A stretch of DNA of 64,000 nt. It comes from Azolla caroliniana. Lineage: Eukaryota; Plantae; Polypodiophyta. The DNA is taken from assembly GCA_043228905.1 (NCBI GenBank), contig JBHGNT010000013.1:13702001-13766000 (forward strand). Direction: 5' to 3'. Positions 1 through 13,042 of the stretch are shown one piece after another. Position 1 is the first letter of the stretch, and each line of letters begins with the position of its first letter. The notes below the pieces were generated by a model. It worked only from the letters and a program-made list of their open reading frames with translations, was not told where the DNA came from and did not search any database. The translations under genes and the position numbers were made by a program.

Positions 1-338
1 ATTGAGACAACCCATTATGCCAAGTGTGAACATGGTTGGGGGCCTTGGGTATCGCTATAAATAGAGGCCTAGCTACCCTCATTTCAGGATCTTGTTGACT
101 ATGTCGAGACTCTGCCTTGTGGTGGGTCAACTCTTGTAGCGAGCGCGACAACACCAGGTACGACTCGATGCCACGGCGGTGGTATGGGACGACGATTAAG
201 GCTCGAGTCCGTCTCGATCCCTTCACTCGGGGGTGGTCGGGTGGATCGGCACCCTTCTTTCTCTCTCTCCTTTCTTTCTATCTACCTAGATCTATCCTTA
301 TCTAATGCTTACTTTAGTACATGTCTCTAATATTGGCA
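1..338 (+). repeat. 3' part of an LTR inserted into the Copia RT that follows
   Basis: TATA-like ctataaatag near 55-64 and a CT-rich stretch. Ends ...ttggCA at 338, directly before Copia coding sequence (GVREPESFAKAAK). The left end is outside the window. Confidence 0.5.
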
Positions 339-2192
339 GGGGTTCGAGAACCGGAGAGCTTTGCCAAAGCCGCTAAAGATCCACGATGGGTTGAAGAGAT
401 GAACGAGGAGATGCAAGCTCTCAGCAAGAATGAGACATGGGATCTCGTCCCTCACTCATTGTAGAAGAAGGCAATCGGTTGCAGATGGATATACAAAGTG
501 AATTATAATGCCGACGGTTCCGTTAAGCACTACAAACTACACTCATAGCAAAGGGCGACACACAAACACAGGGAGTCGATTATGAAGAGACCTTTGCCCC
601 GGCTGCAAAGATGACAACCGTGTGGACCATGATGGCGCTTGCTACAGCGAAAGGGTGGCACCTCCACCAAATGGATGTGAAGAACGCTTTTCTTCAAGGC
701 AAATTAGAAGAGGAGGTGTACATGGTACAACCACCCGGCTTCCAATCCAATATTCATCCGAAAGCCGTCTGTCGACTCAAGAAGCCTCTCTACAGCCTTA
801 AGCAAGCACCACGTGCTTGGCACTCACAGATAACATAATATCTTACTTGAATCGGCTTCCGAATGTCAAAATCCGACAATTCTCTCTATGTAAGAAACGA
901 TTCCGAAAGTTTGATTGTCATCATCCTATACATGGATGATCTGGTCATTGGAGGTGAGCATCTAGTCGACATAAACAAGGTCAAGTCCCTCCTCTCCAAC
1001 AAATTCGAGATGACGGACATGAAAGAGCTCTATTACTTCCTTGGCATTGAGGTAATCCAGACTCCAACTGGAGTAATGATCTCTCAAGGACGCTACATCC
1101 TCAACTTGTTATACAAGTTTGGGATGATCGAGTCCAAATTTGTCGCAACGCCTCCAGACTCCAACTGGAGTAATGATCTCTCAACAACACTACATCCTCA
1201 ACTTGTTATACAAGTTCGGCATGACCGAGTGCAAATTTATGGCAATGCCTCTCGATTGAAACCTCAAATTGGATGGCGACTCCGACACCATACAGTGTGA
1301 GCTGACTCAGTATCGACAACTGATCGGAAGCCTCATCTACCTCACGATCACTCGACCCGACCTGAGCTATCCGGTCGGCCTCCTTAGCCAATTCATGCAA
1401 ACTCCATGAGATATCCATTCGTATTGTGCTAAGTGAGTGCTACGATACATGAGTGGAACGATGGACTATGGCATTCTCTATAAGTCGGCCACACCAATTC
1501 AACTTGAAGGGTACACAGATGCCGACTGGTTCGACTACAAAGCCGATCGACGATCAACCTCTGGTTTAGTCTTCTCCCTTGGAAGTGGAGCCATCTCCTG
1601 GAGTAGCAAGAAGAACCCAATCGTCGCTCTTTCGAGCATAGAGGCCGAATATAGGGGCGCGATGGTGGCTGCATGTGAAGCCGTATGGCTCAAGATGATA
1701 TTGAAGGCTTTGGGCGTTCCCATCAAAGATCTGATTCCCCTTTACTGCGACAATATGAGCAGTATTCAATTGGCTCAGAACCCGGTGTTCCACGCACGCA
1801 CGAAGCATATCGAAGTGCACTATCACTTCATTCGAGAGTGTGCGGCTCGAAAGTCAAAGAATGTATATGATACTAACCGTACATTTTCCCTTCCCACGCT
1901 GGTAGCTCAACTGTTAACCGGTGTTCAGGCTGGAGATGTCGACCTTCAACACATCAACATGAATCTTCAGACAATTGACATCTTCACCAAAGCCCTAGTA
2001 GCCGACAAGCTTCGGCAATTCATGTCAGACCTGGGATTGATGATCCCTGACTTGCCAAGCTTGAGGGGGAGTACGTCCGAACCGGGTATCATCTGTAGTG
2101 GACATCAAACAAAGAGAACCAAATACTGTTTGAATCGGGTACAAGCCGAAGTGGACAAGCCGATCAAAGTTGAGCTTGAGGGGGCGTGTTGA
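339..2192 (+). pseudogene. pol: Ale/Ivana-like Ty1/Copia RT-RNase H (decayed)
   Basis: Motifs QMDVKNAFLQG, SLKQAPRAW, LYMDDL, YTDADW..RRSTSG, RTKHIEVHYHFIRE. Several stops and frameshifts, a 97-bp tandem duplication (1057/1154) and an 81-bp insert. Confidence 0.95.
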
Positions 2193-2489
2193 GAATCAAG
2201 CTCAACCTAGTCTAATGTGTGAACACACCCTTGAGAGTGTATGAACACTCAAAGGTCAAAAGTTACACCACTACTCTTTACACATTAAGTATGTGTCATA
2301 GAATCATATTCTATGACACATAACTAATGCGTTTCCACATTCCCCATGACTCATGACCTTCAGTAGTTATTGAAGAGAGAGAGTGACTATATAAAGCACC
2401 CTCCTCCTACTTTGTAACATGTCGATTAATCTCCTTTGTAATATACAATCTTTTGGAGTATTTTCTATTATCAATCTTGTGTCTCTCTC

Positions 2490-2542
<53 letters not shown>

Positions 2543-2595
2543 ACACACATCTCTAACCTATTCCACTGCACAAGAATCACTATTGATTCTTTACA
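2187..2595 (+). repeat. 3' LTR of the Ale-like Copia
   Basis: PPT ttgagggggcg at 2176-2186, then TGTTGAG...TTTACA with (CT)n(CA)n. The right end is inferred from the switch to Tork-type LTR sequence (catagtgat, compare 13739). Confidence 0.7.
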
Positions 2596-5050
2596 CATAG
2601 TGATCCAGTGCGGAGTTAGTGGACTCCCGTGGTTTTGCCTCTTGAGGTTTTCCACGTTAACATACTGTGTTGACTCATTACCTTATAAGTGTATCAATCT
2701 CTATTTTTCTGTTCTGTTTCTTCCAAAGTGAGTTTCGAACTCGGTAGTGGCCAAGAGCGATTCCTCACAAACTGGTATCAGAGCGAAGTTATAAACTTCA
2801 AAGAAAATAGAAGACTCATTCAGAGGCATGTTCAAGCTCACCGCCTCCAACTACTCAATTTGGAAGATGAAGATGAGGGACATGTTGGTAGTTAAAGATC
2901 TCTGGTTGCCGGTACAGTTTGGAGACAAAAGACCGGACAAGATTAATGTCACGACTTGGGAAGTGATGCATATGATGATGACATCATATATAAGATGTTT
3001 TATCGACATGAGCCTGTAAAATAACTTCAATGAAGAGAACAAGGTAGATGTTCTGTGGGAGAAGATCGACATTATGTTAGAGTCTCGGTATTCCAGAAAA
3101 TAGTGAGGCTCAGGTATCAAGATGGTGACAATATGGCGAAGCATATGAACACTTTCCAGGGGCTAATAAACTAGATTCGCTCGCTTGAAGTATTGCTAAA
3201 CGATGAGGTACTAGCATTGTTGTTGCTCGGATCCCTTCCAGATAGCTGGGAGACGCTGGTTGTCACATTGCGCAACGCCGGACCGGACTGAGAGTAAAAT
3301 CGAGGTTGCTAAATGAAGAACCTCGTTGGAAGGACCGAGAGTCGGGAACTTACCCGAAATTCTTAGTTACAGTGTCGTGAAGATTTCTGGCTACGGTGTG
3401 AAACCAGGATGGAATGGGCAAGTCAGCGGTGTGCAACATGTGCACATTTACAATGTAAAATGGTGTATAGAATAAAGAGGGGAAATTTATCCCACATTGT
3501 AAGGTCCCTCCCTCCTTGGGCTATAAAATGAAGGGAGGGGTCACTTGTGAGGGGGTTGCCTATTTTGAGTTAGAGAGGCATACCATTTAGGTCAAGGGTT
3601 TCCTATTCGGTTTTAGGGTTTCTTCTAGGGTTTCCTTTAGGGTTTTACTATACTTCTTTACTTGCTTATCCGGTTAGGGTTTTCTTGTAGTCATTGGGTG
3701 CGGCCTATGCGGCCATGGTTGTAATGCGTGTGGTGTTCTTCTTAATACAAACCATTTGTGTATCTTGCCTCCATCTATTTCTCATTCAATGTTAATGTTT
3801 TATTCCTTCTCCCCTTGAGCTAAGCTTCCATTTCATGTCTTACTCTTTCTCCTCTACTCCCTAGTCCAAGACCCTCGTGGTCCCACCTTGGATCCTACTC
3901 ACGCTCGCGGATTTTCGCGACAACGGAAAACAACTCTAATCAGGGAAGAGGCTGGAACAGAAGTCCCCAGAACCGGGAAAAGTCAGGGATGAGGTCGAAA
4001 TCGAGGGGGAAACCTACATGTTTCTATTGCGGGAAACCGGGGCATTCCAAAAAGAACTACCAACACTTCTAAAAAGAAAAAGGGGGAGCCGACAACTCCA
4101 AACTGAAGAAGATTTTGGAAATAAGAGGAACATCAGCAATCATGACAAGTGAAGAGGAACTATTGTTGATCACCAAGGAGAGTGAGCTACATCTTGTTAG
4201 CAACGAAACAAAGTGGGTGGTCGACTCTGGAGTGTCATTCCATCTGACCCCCGACTAGAAGTGCTTCTCATCTTATAGAGCCGGAGATCACGGTTGTATA
4301 AGCATGGGGAATGAATAAGCATGTCGAGTTTTCGGCATAGGAGATGTGTGGCTGACAACGTCAACCGGGTACAAGCTACTGTTGAAAGATGTCTGACACA
4401 TTCTGGAGGTTCGATTGAACCTAATATCATCAGGTTAACTGGATGATGAAGGCTACATGTCTAGCATTCGGAATGACACAATGAAGGTTTGCAGAGCAAG
4501 CCTGATCATGGCCTGAGCTCGAAAGATCAACACAATGTACCTTATGCATGCTCGGATATGCTAGGAAGAAGTGAACATAGCATCCGACACTGCCGGTGAG
4601 CTGTGGCACAAGAGGTTGTGTCACATGAGTCAGAAGGGGATGCGAAAACTTGATGAAGATAACCTCATTCCGGAGGTGAAAAATGACAACTTGAGAAGTG
4701 CACTCATTTCTTGGCCGACAAGCAGAACAAAACCTCTTTCTAGTCGAGATGACGGAGGAGACGGAAGGCACCACTTGAACTCATGCATACCGATGTATGC
4801 TTCATGGACACGAAGTCACATGTCAGATCGCAATACTTTGTGACTTTCATAGATGACACAACCGGAAGCTGTGGGTTTCTACGCTGAAGATGAAGCACCA
4901 GGTATTGTCCGTCTTCAAGGAGTTTCATGTGATAGTAGAAAGAGAAACCGATTGGAAATTGAAAGCAATTCGAGCAGACAATGCACGTGAATACCGAGGG
5001 CAGTTTGAGGAGCACTACTGGGGGAAGGGAATCCGGCTCAAGTAAACTGT
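2596..5050 (+). mobile_element. Tork/Tnt1-like Copia A, decayed: 5' LTR remnant 2596-2769, PBS, gag-PR-partial integrase
   Basis: PBS tggtatcagagc at 2773-2784. MFKLTASNYSIWK..KDLW gag, WVVDSG protease and LWHKRLCHMS integrase motifs. Homologous to B and C, with many stops. Confidence 0.9.
3373..3922 (+). repeat. Solo LTR of Phygy-like Gypsy (same family as 47579-48352)
   Basis: TGTCGTGA...TCGCGACA termini and 4-bp TSD acag/acgg. Removing it restores the Copia A gag frame (VTENNSNQGR). Confidence 0.9.
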
Positions 5051-6384
5051 TGTTGAGAAGATTCTGGGCCATGGTGAGAAACCGGGGAATATCAGAAGAA
5101 TCGGCGGGGTGGATCATGTGCACTCATCCTTGTACAAATGGTGTAGGTGATAGGGGTGCCTTTATGGCGCCGTGTAGGAGTTAAGTCAGGACAGAGAATC
5201 TCATGTAAATCGGGATTTATCCCACATTGTAACGCATCCCTCTCCTTCTTCTATAAAAAGAAGGGAGGGTCCCTTGTAGAGGGGTTGCCCATTTTGAGTT
5301 CAGAAGGGTATACCACTTAGGTCTAGGATTTGGTAGTTTTCTTGGTCTTTATCTTATTCTTAGGGTTTCTACTTTGGTCTTTCTCCCTATTTCGTTTAGG
5401 GTTTCATTTAGGGTTTTCTTCTTCTTTGTCTTATGGGTTTGATTCCTTCTTCTTGAGTGGAGGTTTAGTACTTCGTCTCGTTCTTCATCTTGTGAGAGAT
5501 CATGGGGGATTTAGGGTTTCGGGTTTCTTTATGTGACATAGGTTTCATAAGCTTGGGGTTTTGGGTTTACCGTCTTCTTGGTCGAGTTAGTGTTGTGGTT
5601 TGGGGTTTCTACAATAGCGGCTCCTCGGCATTCTGGTGGCGGCACTTGGAGGTTCGGTTTCCTCTCCTCGATGGAGAGCATTTCGCATGGCGGCCGGTTT
5701 GAGAAGGGAGGGTGAAGTGGAATGGGAACACTCCATTGTCTTCGGGGCGTGACCAACGATAGATGTCACGGTACCGGAGGCCAAGTTGACTCGCCTTCAC
5801 CGGTGGTAGCCGTATGCCATGAAGAGGACAAAGAGCTTCAAGAAGGTCATGGTTTGGGGTCCTTCGAGGGAGTTAATTGAAGATGCACGGGCATGGGTGG
5901 TCGAAGAGGCAAATGGAGGTCGAGAAGGAAGCCGCCTTCTCGACCGATGCAGAATAATGAGGAGGCCGTGTAGGGGTCCGGGTTCGGTACGATGGTGCCA
6001 TTACGGGGAAGGTGTGGAACAAGTCACCTTTTCAACTTGCGAAGGAATACGCCTCCCTACACGCGGAGGACAGGGCCTATGCGGAGGCCGGAAGAGCGTG
6101 CGATGGCGATGTGGGAGAGGGTGTGGAGCTAGCGACCCTCTCGTCTAGCGGAAAGGGGACAACCATGGATAAGGCCGGTGACTACGGAGCGGGGAGCGCC
6201 ACTTCGAGAGTGGGTGGAGAGTTCGGGACACGGTGGCCCGAAACATCAAGCGGGGAAGAGACGAGTGGCGGTGCCAGGACCTTACCCACACCGGTTTTAG
6301 AGACTCCGGCGGCCAAGTCAGACCTAGAGTGACGGACGGTGGCGATGGCAAGGCGGGTGACCAAAACGAGAACGATGAAGATTG
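5051..6384 (+). mobile_element. Element H part 1: Phygy-type LTR start running into GC-rich degenerate-repeat sequence
   Basis: 5051-5330 aligns with LTRs 3373 and 47579 (atcccacattgtaa..ctataaaa..ccattttgagtt). Continues at 11710 after the TSD gattg. Confidence 0.65.
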
Positions 6385-9300
6385 TGTTGGGATTACGGTC
6401 CCTTCAGATGGGATGGTCGGATATCGGAGATGAATGCCGACAAGCCCGGTTGCGGTTTCGGAACCGGATGATGAAGACCCCGGCTTCGGAGCCGGATGAC
6501 GAATGTACCCGGAGAGAGATCCGGATGCGGGAACATATCTGTGAATATGTTTGCCAAGGGCCCTTGAGGCTATAGTTGTAAATAGCCCCAAAGTCATATG
6601 TGTATAAATATGACTTAGGGCAAACAGTTTTAATGCTGCTAATCATTTTTCTGTTTTTCCACTCAAGAGGAGTGAAGAGAGAGCAGCCGTGAGAGAGATA
6701 GAGCGTGAGAGAGGAAGAGGTCGACACCTCTGTGTAATACCGCCTCTTGTGGCGAGGACAGCGAGCTCAAGGTCGTCGCCTTGCAGCTCGCCATTGTATA
6801 CTTCTTTGTATAGTGTTGGTTTGGAGTCTTGTACTCCCGTGGTTTTTCCCGTCTAGGGTTTTCCACGTTAATCCCTGTGTGTTCGCGTTTTGCTTCTCTT
6901 TGTGATTCCTATTTTCTGCTCCATTGATTCGCGCTTACTCGGTTGTGGCCGAGTGGTGAAGGTGAATCGAAGCATTGATTCACAACAAATTGGTATCAGA
7001 GCAAACTGCTGCAGAAAATGGAAGGCGGCGGCAGCGGGCAGCCGGGGATGATGGTGCTGAATGCGCAGAATTACGCCGACTGGAAGATCAAGATGGAGGA
7101 TCTTCTGATTGTTCGGGACCTGTACGAACCGATTGACAGGTCGGAAATACCGAAGGGGGTACTTGAGTCGGAATGGAGGCTTCTGAACCGGAAAGCCGTT
7201 GCAACCATTCGGCAATACGTCGATGTGAGCGTTCTACAACATGTGGCGAACGACACCAACGCATATGAGATGTGGCGGAAGCTGTTGGGCCTCTATGAGA
7301 GGAAGAATGCGTTGAACCGGACCTCCTTGATGAGGAAGATAGTGAATCTCAAGTACCGGGACGGCGAGAGTATGGTGGAACACGTAAGCACGTTCATGGG
7401 ATTCGTGAATCAGCTTGCGGCGATCAAGTTCCCGTTGGAGGATGCAATGCAAGCCATCATCCTGATGTGTACATTGCCGGAAAGCTGGGAGAACTTGGTG
7501 GTGACTCTCAGCACCTCCTGCACAGAAGATAACTTGTCCTTGCAAACGGTAAAGACAAGTATTTTGAACGAAGAAGCGCGTCGGAGAGATAAAGAACCGG
7601 CCTCCGACCCGAAGGCGCTGCTTACCGAATCGGATCGGGGAAGACAATGGAACCGGAGTCCGCAAAGACGGGAGAAGTCGGGGACCCGGTCGCAGTCAAG
7701 AGGAAGGCCCACATGCTTCCACTGTGGGAAACCGGGGCACTTCCGAAAGAATTGTCGGCATTACCGAAAAGACAACGGAGCCGTCGACACCGATTCGAAG
7801 AAGTCACCGGAGAGAAACGGTGCATACCGGGGAGCCACGGACCGGAGAGGTTCGGATCGGCGAGGGCAGGACCGGAAAGGAACAACGGCACTCGCGGCAA
7901 GTGAGGAAGAAATCATGCTCATCACCAAAGAAGGTGAACTAAACGTTGCCGGCGATGAGACGACCTGGGTGGTCGATTCCGGAGCATCGTTCCACCTGAC
8001 CCCGGAGAGAAGATACTTCTCATCCTACACAGCCGGTGAGCATGGCTGTGTCCGGATGGGAAATGAAGGTACGTGCCGGATTGCCGGCATAGGAGACGTG
8101 TGGCTGATGACATCAACCGGATGCAAAATGCTGCTGAAGGATGTCCGACACGTTCCGGAGGTTCGATTGAACCTGATTTCGGCCGGGAGGCTAGACGATG
8201 AAGGCTACACAGGTAGCATCCGGAACGGCGTAATGAAGTTCAGCAAGGGGAGCTTGATAGTGGCTCGGGCCCGGAAGGTCAACACACTGTACCTGATGAA
8301 TTCCCGGCTATGTCCGGAGGAGCTGAACGTGGCAGCCGACACTGCCGGTGAGCTGTGGCACAAGAGACTGTGCCACATGAGTGAGAAGGGGATGAAGAGG
8401 CTTGCAGAAGACAACCTTATTCCAGTGAAGCATGTGCACCTGGAGAAGTGCACCGACTGCCTGGCCGGTAAGCAAAACCGGACCTCCTTCCACTCAAGGC
8501 CACCGACGAGACGTAGCGCACCATTGGAGCTGGTGCACACTGACGTGTGTCAAGTAGAAACGAAGTCACATGGCGGAGCCCAGTACTTCGTGACATTCAT
8601 TGATGACCACAGCCGGAAGCTGTGGACGGCACCGTTGAAGACAAAGGACCAAGTGTTGGGCGTCTTCAAAGAACTCCACGCGAGAGTGCAAAAGGGAATC
8701 CGGCAAGAAGCTGAAAGCGATACGAGCGGATAACGGAGGGGAATACCGGGGGCAGTTCCAGGAGTACTGTCGCTCGAAGGGAATCCGACTCGAGTTTACT
8801 GTGCCGAAGACGCCGGAACTGAACGGGCTGGCCGAGAGGATGAACCGGACCATAATGGAGAGGGTCCGGAGTATGCTGGCGCATGCGAAATTACCCAAGG
8901 GGTTCTGGGCTGAGGCAATGTCGACGGCGACATACGTGATAAACAGATCACCCTCAGTACCTTTGGACGGAGACACGCCGCAAAAAGTGTGGACCGGTAA
9001 GGAAGTGTCCTACCGGCATCTGAAGGTGTTCGGGTGTCTCGCATATGTGCATGTGGCAAAGGACCGGAGAGGAAAGCTAGATCCAAAGACCCGGCCATGC
9101 ATATTCCTCGGTTACGGCGACGACGAGTCCGGCTACCGAGTATGGGACCCGGTCGACAAGAAGATATTCAGGAGTCGTGATATCATCTTCATGGAGGACA
9201 AGACACTCACCGACTGGGAGTCGGAGAAGAAGATGAAGAGCTCCAAGTCGACCGGTGAGAATCAACTCTACGAGGAGCAGTCCCGACTGGCAAGGGACCG

Positions 9301-11704
9301 GTTAGCACTCGAGGATCCGGCCGAAGACGGTGAAGAAACAGAACCGGCCGAAGAAGATGAAAATGATACCGGAACCGGGCCCGATCCCGAAATGGATTCG
9401 GATGAAGAAGAATCGGAAGAACCGGTTACCGAAGCTCCGGAACGGAGATATCCTCTAAGAGAGAGAAGGGCCCCCCGGAGATTTCCGGAACCAGAGCACG
9501 TGCTGCTAACCGACGAGGGGGAGCCGGAGAGCTTTGAAGAAGCAAAGCATGACACCCAGAGCCGCAGGTGGTTGAGTGCCATGCAGGACGAGATGGATTC
9601 CCTGCATGAGAACCACACATATGAACTTGTGGTGTTGCCGAAAGGAAAGCGGGCACTACGAAACAAGTGGGTGTTCAAGCTGAAACCGGGAGATGCCGGA
9701 AACCCCCCGAGATACAAAGCCAGGATCGTGGTGAAGGGGTTTCAGCAGAAGAAGGGCGTCGACTTCGACGAGATATTTGCCCCGGTAGTGAAGATGACCT
9801 CCATCCGAACGGTGCTGAGCATAGCGGCAAGCATGGACCTCGAGGTAGAATAGATGGACGTGAAGACGGCATTCCTTCACGGTGACCTCGAAGAAGAGAT
9901 CTACATGCAGCAACCGGAAGGATTCGAGAAGAAAGGGAAGGAGCACCTGGTATGCCGGTTGAAGAAGAGCCTTTACGGACTGAAGCAGGCTCCCCGGCAA
10001 TGGTACCGGAAGTTCGACTCTTTCATGACCGACGAAGGGTACCGCAAAACGCAGTCCGACCACTGCGTGTTTGTGAAGAAGTTCGAAGGAGGAGACTTTC
10101 TAATACTCCTCCTGTACGTGGACGACATGTTGATCGTCGGACGGGACTAGGTCAAGATACGGATGCTGAAGAAGGCTCTTCACCGAACCTTCTCAATGAA
10201 GGACTTGGGTCCGGCGAGACAAATACTAGGGATGCACATCATCCGGGACCGGAGCAAGAAGCAGTTGTGGCTGTCACAGGAGAAGTACGTGACAAAGGTG
10301 CTTAAACGGTTCAACATGTCGGAAGCAAGACCGGTCGGATCGACCCTCCCGGCAAACTGCAAGCTGTCCAGCAAGCAAAGCCCCAAGACAAAGGCTGAGA
10401 GGAGGACATGATGAAAGTGCCATATGCCTCTGCCGTCGGAAGCTTGATGTACGCAATGGTGTGTACAAGACCGGACATTGGATACGCAGTCGGAGTGGTG
10501 AGCCGGTACATGAGCAATCCCGGCAAAGAGCATTGGAACGCGGCCAAGTGGATACTCCGATACCTGAAGGGCACGGCAAACGTGTGCCTCCGATTCGGCT
10601 CCGGTAAGCCCGAACTCGACGGCTTTACCGATTCGGATATGTCGGCTGATGCAGATACCAGCCGATCCACATCAGGGTATGTGATGATGTATGCAGGGGG
10701 AGCTGTATCATGGCAGTCGAGGCTGCAGAAGACGGTTGCATTGTCAACCACGGAGGCGGAGTACATGGCGGCTGTTGAAGCCGGCAAGGAAATAATATGG
10801 ATGAAGGACTTCATTAGAGAGCTCGGTATCCAGCAGGAGGAGTACCGACTCTACTGCGACAGTCAGAGTGCCATTCACCTTGCGAAGAACGCGGCTTATC
10901 ACTCCCGGACGAAGCACATCCAGCGAAGATATCACTGGATCCGGGAAAGGATAGAAGACAAGGAGTTCGTGCTGACGAAGGTCCACACGGACGAGAACGG
11001 GTCGGATATGCTGACCAAGGTGCTCACACCCGACAAGCTGGAAGCATGCCGGAAGAGGATCGGATTGGAGAGACATCCCATGCCGAAGTGAAGGGGGAGT
11101 TTGTTGGGATTACGGTCCCTTCAGATGGGATGGTCGGATATCGGAGATGAATGCCGACAAGCCCGGTTGCGGTTTCGGAACCGGATGATGAAGACCCCGG
11201 CTTCGGAGCCGGATGACGAATGTACCCGGAGAGAGATCCGGATGCGGGGACATATCTGTGAATATGTTTGCCAAGGGCCCTTGAGGCTATAGTTGTAAAT
11301 AGCCCCAAAGTCATATGTGTATAAATATGACTTAGGGCAAACAGTTTTAATGCTGCTAATCATTTTTCTGTTTTTCCACTCAAGAGGAGTGAAGAGAGAG
11401 CAGCCGTGAGAGAGATAGAGCGTGAGAGAGGAAGAGGTCGACACCTCTGTGTAATACCGCCTCCTGTGGCGAGGACAGCGAGCTCAAGGTCGTCGCCTTG
11501 CAGCTCGCCATTGTATACTTCTTTGTATAGTGTTGGTTTGGAGTCTTGTACTCCCGTGGTTTTTCCCGTCTAGGGTTTTCCACGTTAATCCCTGTGTGTT
11601 CGCGTTTTGCTTCTCTTTGTGATTCCTATTTTCTGCTCCATTGATTCGCGCTTACTCGGTTGTGGCCGAGTGGTGAAGGTGAATCGAAGCATTGATTCAC
11701 AACA
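6385..11704 (+). mobile_element. Tork/Tnt1-like Copia B, full length
   Basis: 603-bp LTRs 6385-6987 and 11102-11704 with 2 differences seen. TSD gattg, PBS-Met 6991-7002, PPT gaagggggag before 11102. Confidence 0.97.
7018..11091 (+). pseudogene. gag-pol: Copia B gag-pol (Gag-CCHC, PR, IN, RT, RH)
   Basis: CFHCGKPGHFRKNC, VVDSGAS, YVDDM and TDSD motifs. Frameshifts near 8690 and 10400, TAG stops at 9851 and 10148. Confidence 0.95.
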
Positions 11705-11709
11705 GATTG

Positions 11710-13042
11710 TAACGGAATGAGGAGAGATCCCTCAACACCAGGGCCGGAGACTTCGGCAGTTGCATACCAACATAAGACCGGAGAGATGGATGGTGGCCGT
11801 AAAGATGTGAGGCCCGGAGCGGGCACGTGCGGAAGGAACCGAACCGACCGAATGAGCGGCCAAGAGCGGCAAAGAGAAGAGAGTCGAGAACCGAACCGAC
11901 CGAATGACGAACCGGTCGGTAATCTGACATGACCGGAGAGATGACGGGTGGCGGCGAGGAGTCAGTTACCGAAGTGGGCATCCGGTGCAGGAAGACGGAC
12001 AAGTGGGGCCAAGAGGGCCAAATGGAGTCGGACAGGACCATGGTGACGAAAGAAAATGAGGCCGACGCGGAGGTCGGAACTACAGAGGGAGGTGTGCATA
12101 ATACGAAGAATACGCTACGGTGTAATACGACACATGCACTATGGCGAGAAATGAAGCGTCCATTACAGCTGCACGAGGACCAAAGGGCGAGTGCGTATTT
12201 GGAGGTCGACATCGACGTGTGGGTAGAGCCTACGGAAAGCGAGCGTGGGACGGAAGGAGTCGGCGTGAGGTGTTTGGGACGAGGAGACTATCGAGCCAAA
12301 GATAGAACACACGCGGCACGCGAAGGGCGGAATCCGGCGTACAACCCGAGTGACCGGGGGCCTAATCGGAGGGCATATGCAGTGGGAAGCGAAGAACAAA
12401 GACCGGTCCTATGGGTCACCTCACACCGGGCTAGAGACTTCAGCGGTTGGCATCAAATCCGACGTAAGACCAAGATACTGACGGTGGAGGCAGAAGAATG
12501 GGACCCAACAATTCAGAGAGTGACGGACGGACCCGAACGAGAACCGGGTGGAGCGGACTTCCGGATAATCGATCCGGAAGGGAGGAAGAGGTAGGCCTAC
12601 GGGGAGGCCGGAACACGGTACATCGGTACCACGGGAGAGGGTGTGGAGCAAGTCACCCTCTCTACATGCGCAAGGCCAGAGTTGACAGAGGCCAAACCCT
12701 TACCGGCCGGTTACGATTTTGGAGGAAAGTCGGTGAGGGGTAAGCGGGGAGCGGAGCAAGAGACGTGCGAGTGGCCATCAAGGGCCAAAGTGAAGCACGA
12801 GTATGGGACGGTGTTCAGCACAGGCGGTGCCGAAAAAGGAAGGCGGAAGAGGGCACACGATGGTGCCGTGAACGAGAGGACGAGCACGTAATAGACTACG
12901 CGGATTGGAGACCAGAAACAGGATCGAGGGCCAGAGAAGGATCCTCCACACCCGCTTCGGAGATCTCGGCGGCTCAGTCGGAGTGGCAACGACTGGTGTG
13001 GCAGGCCAAACCTAAGGTAACAAGCTGGTGGGGCCGAGAGGA
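11710..13042 (+). other. Element H part 2 (GC/purine-rich, degenerate repeats, fragmented ORFs)
   Basis: Shares repeat motifs with 6004-6045, 6112-6145 and 46990-47055. Confidence 0.55.

Noticed and set aside
1840-1922. Group II intron (starts GTGCG)
   Set aside because: Far too short and lacks domain V.
2187-2769. A single LTR shared by two different Copia families (PPT before it, PBS after it)
   Set aside because: Better explained as an Ale-type 3' LTR inserted into a Tork-type 5' LTR; the distal part matches the LTRs of B and C.
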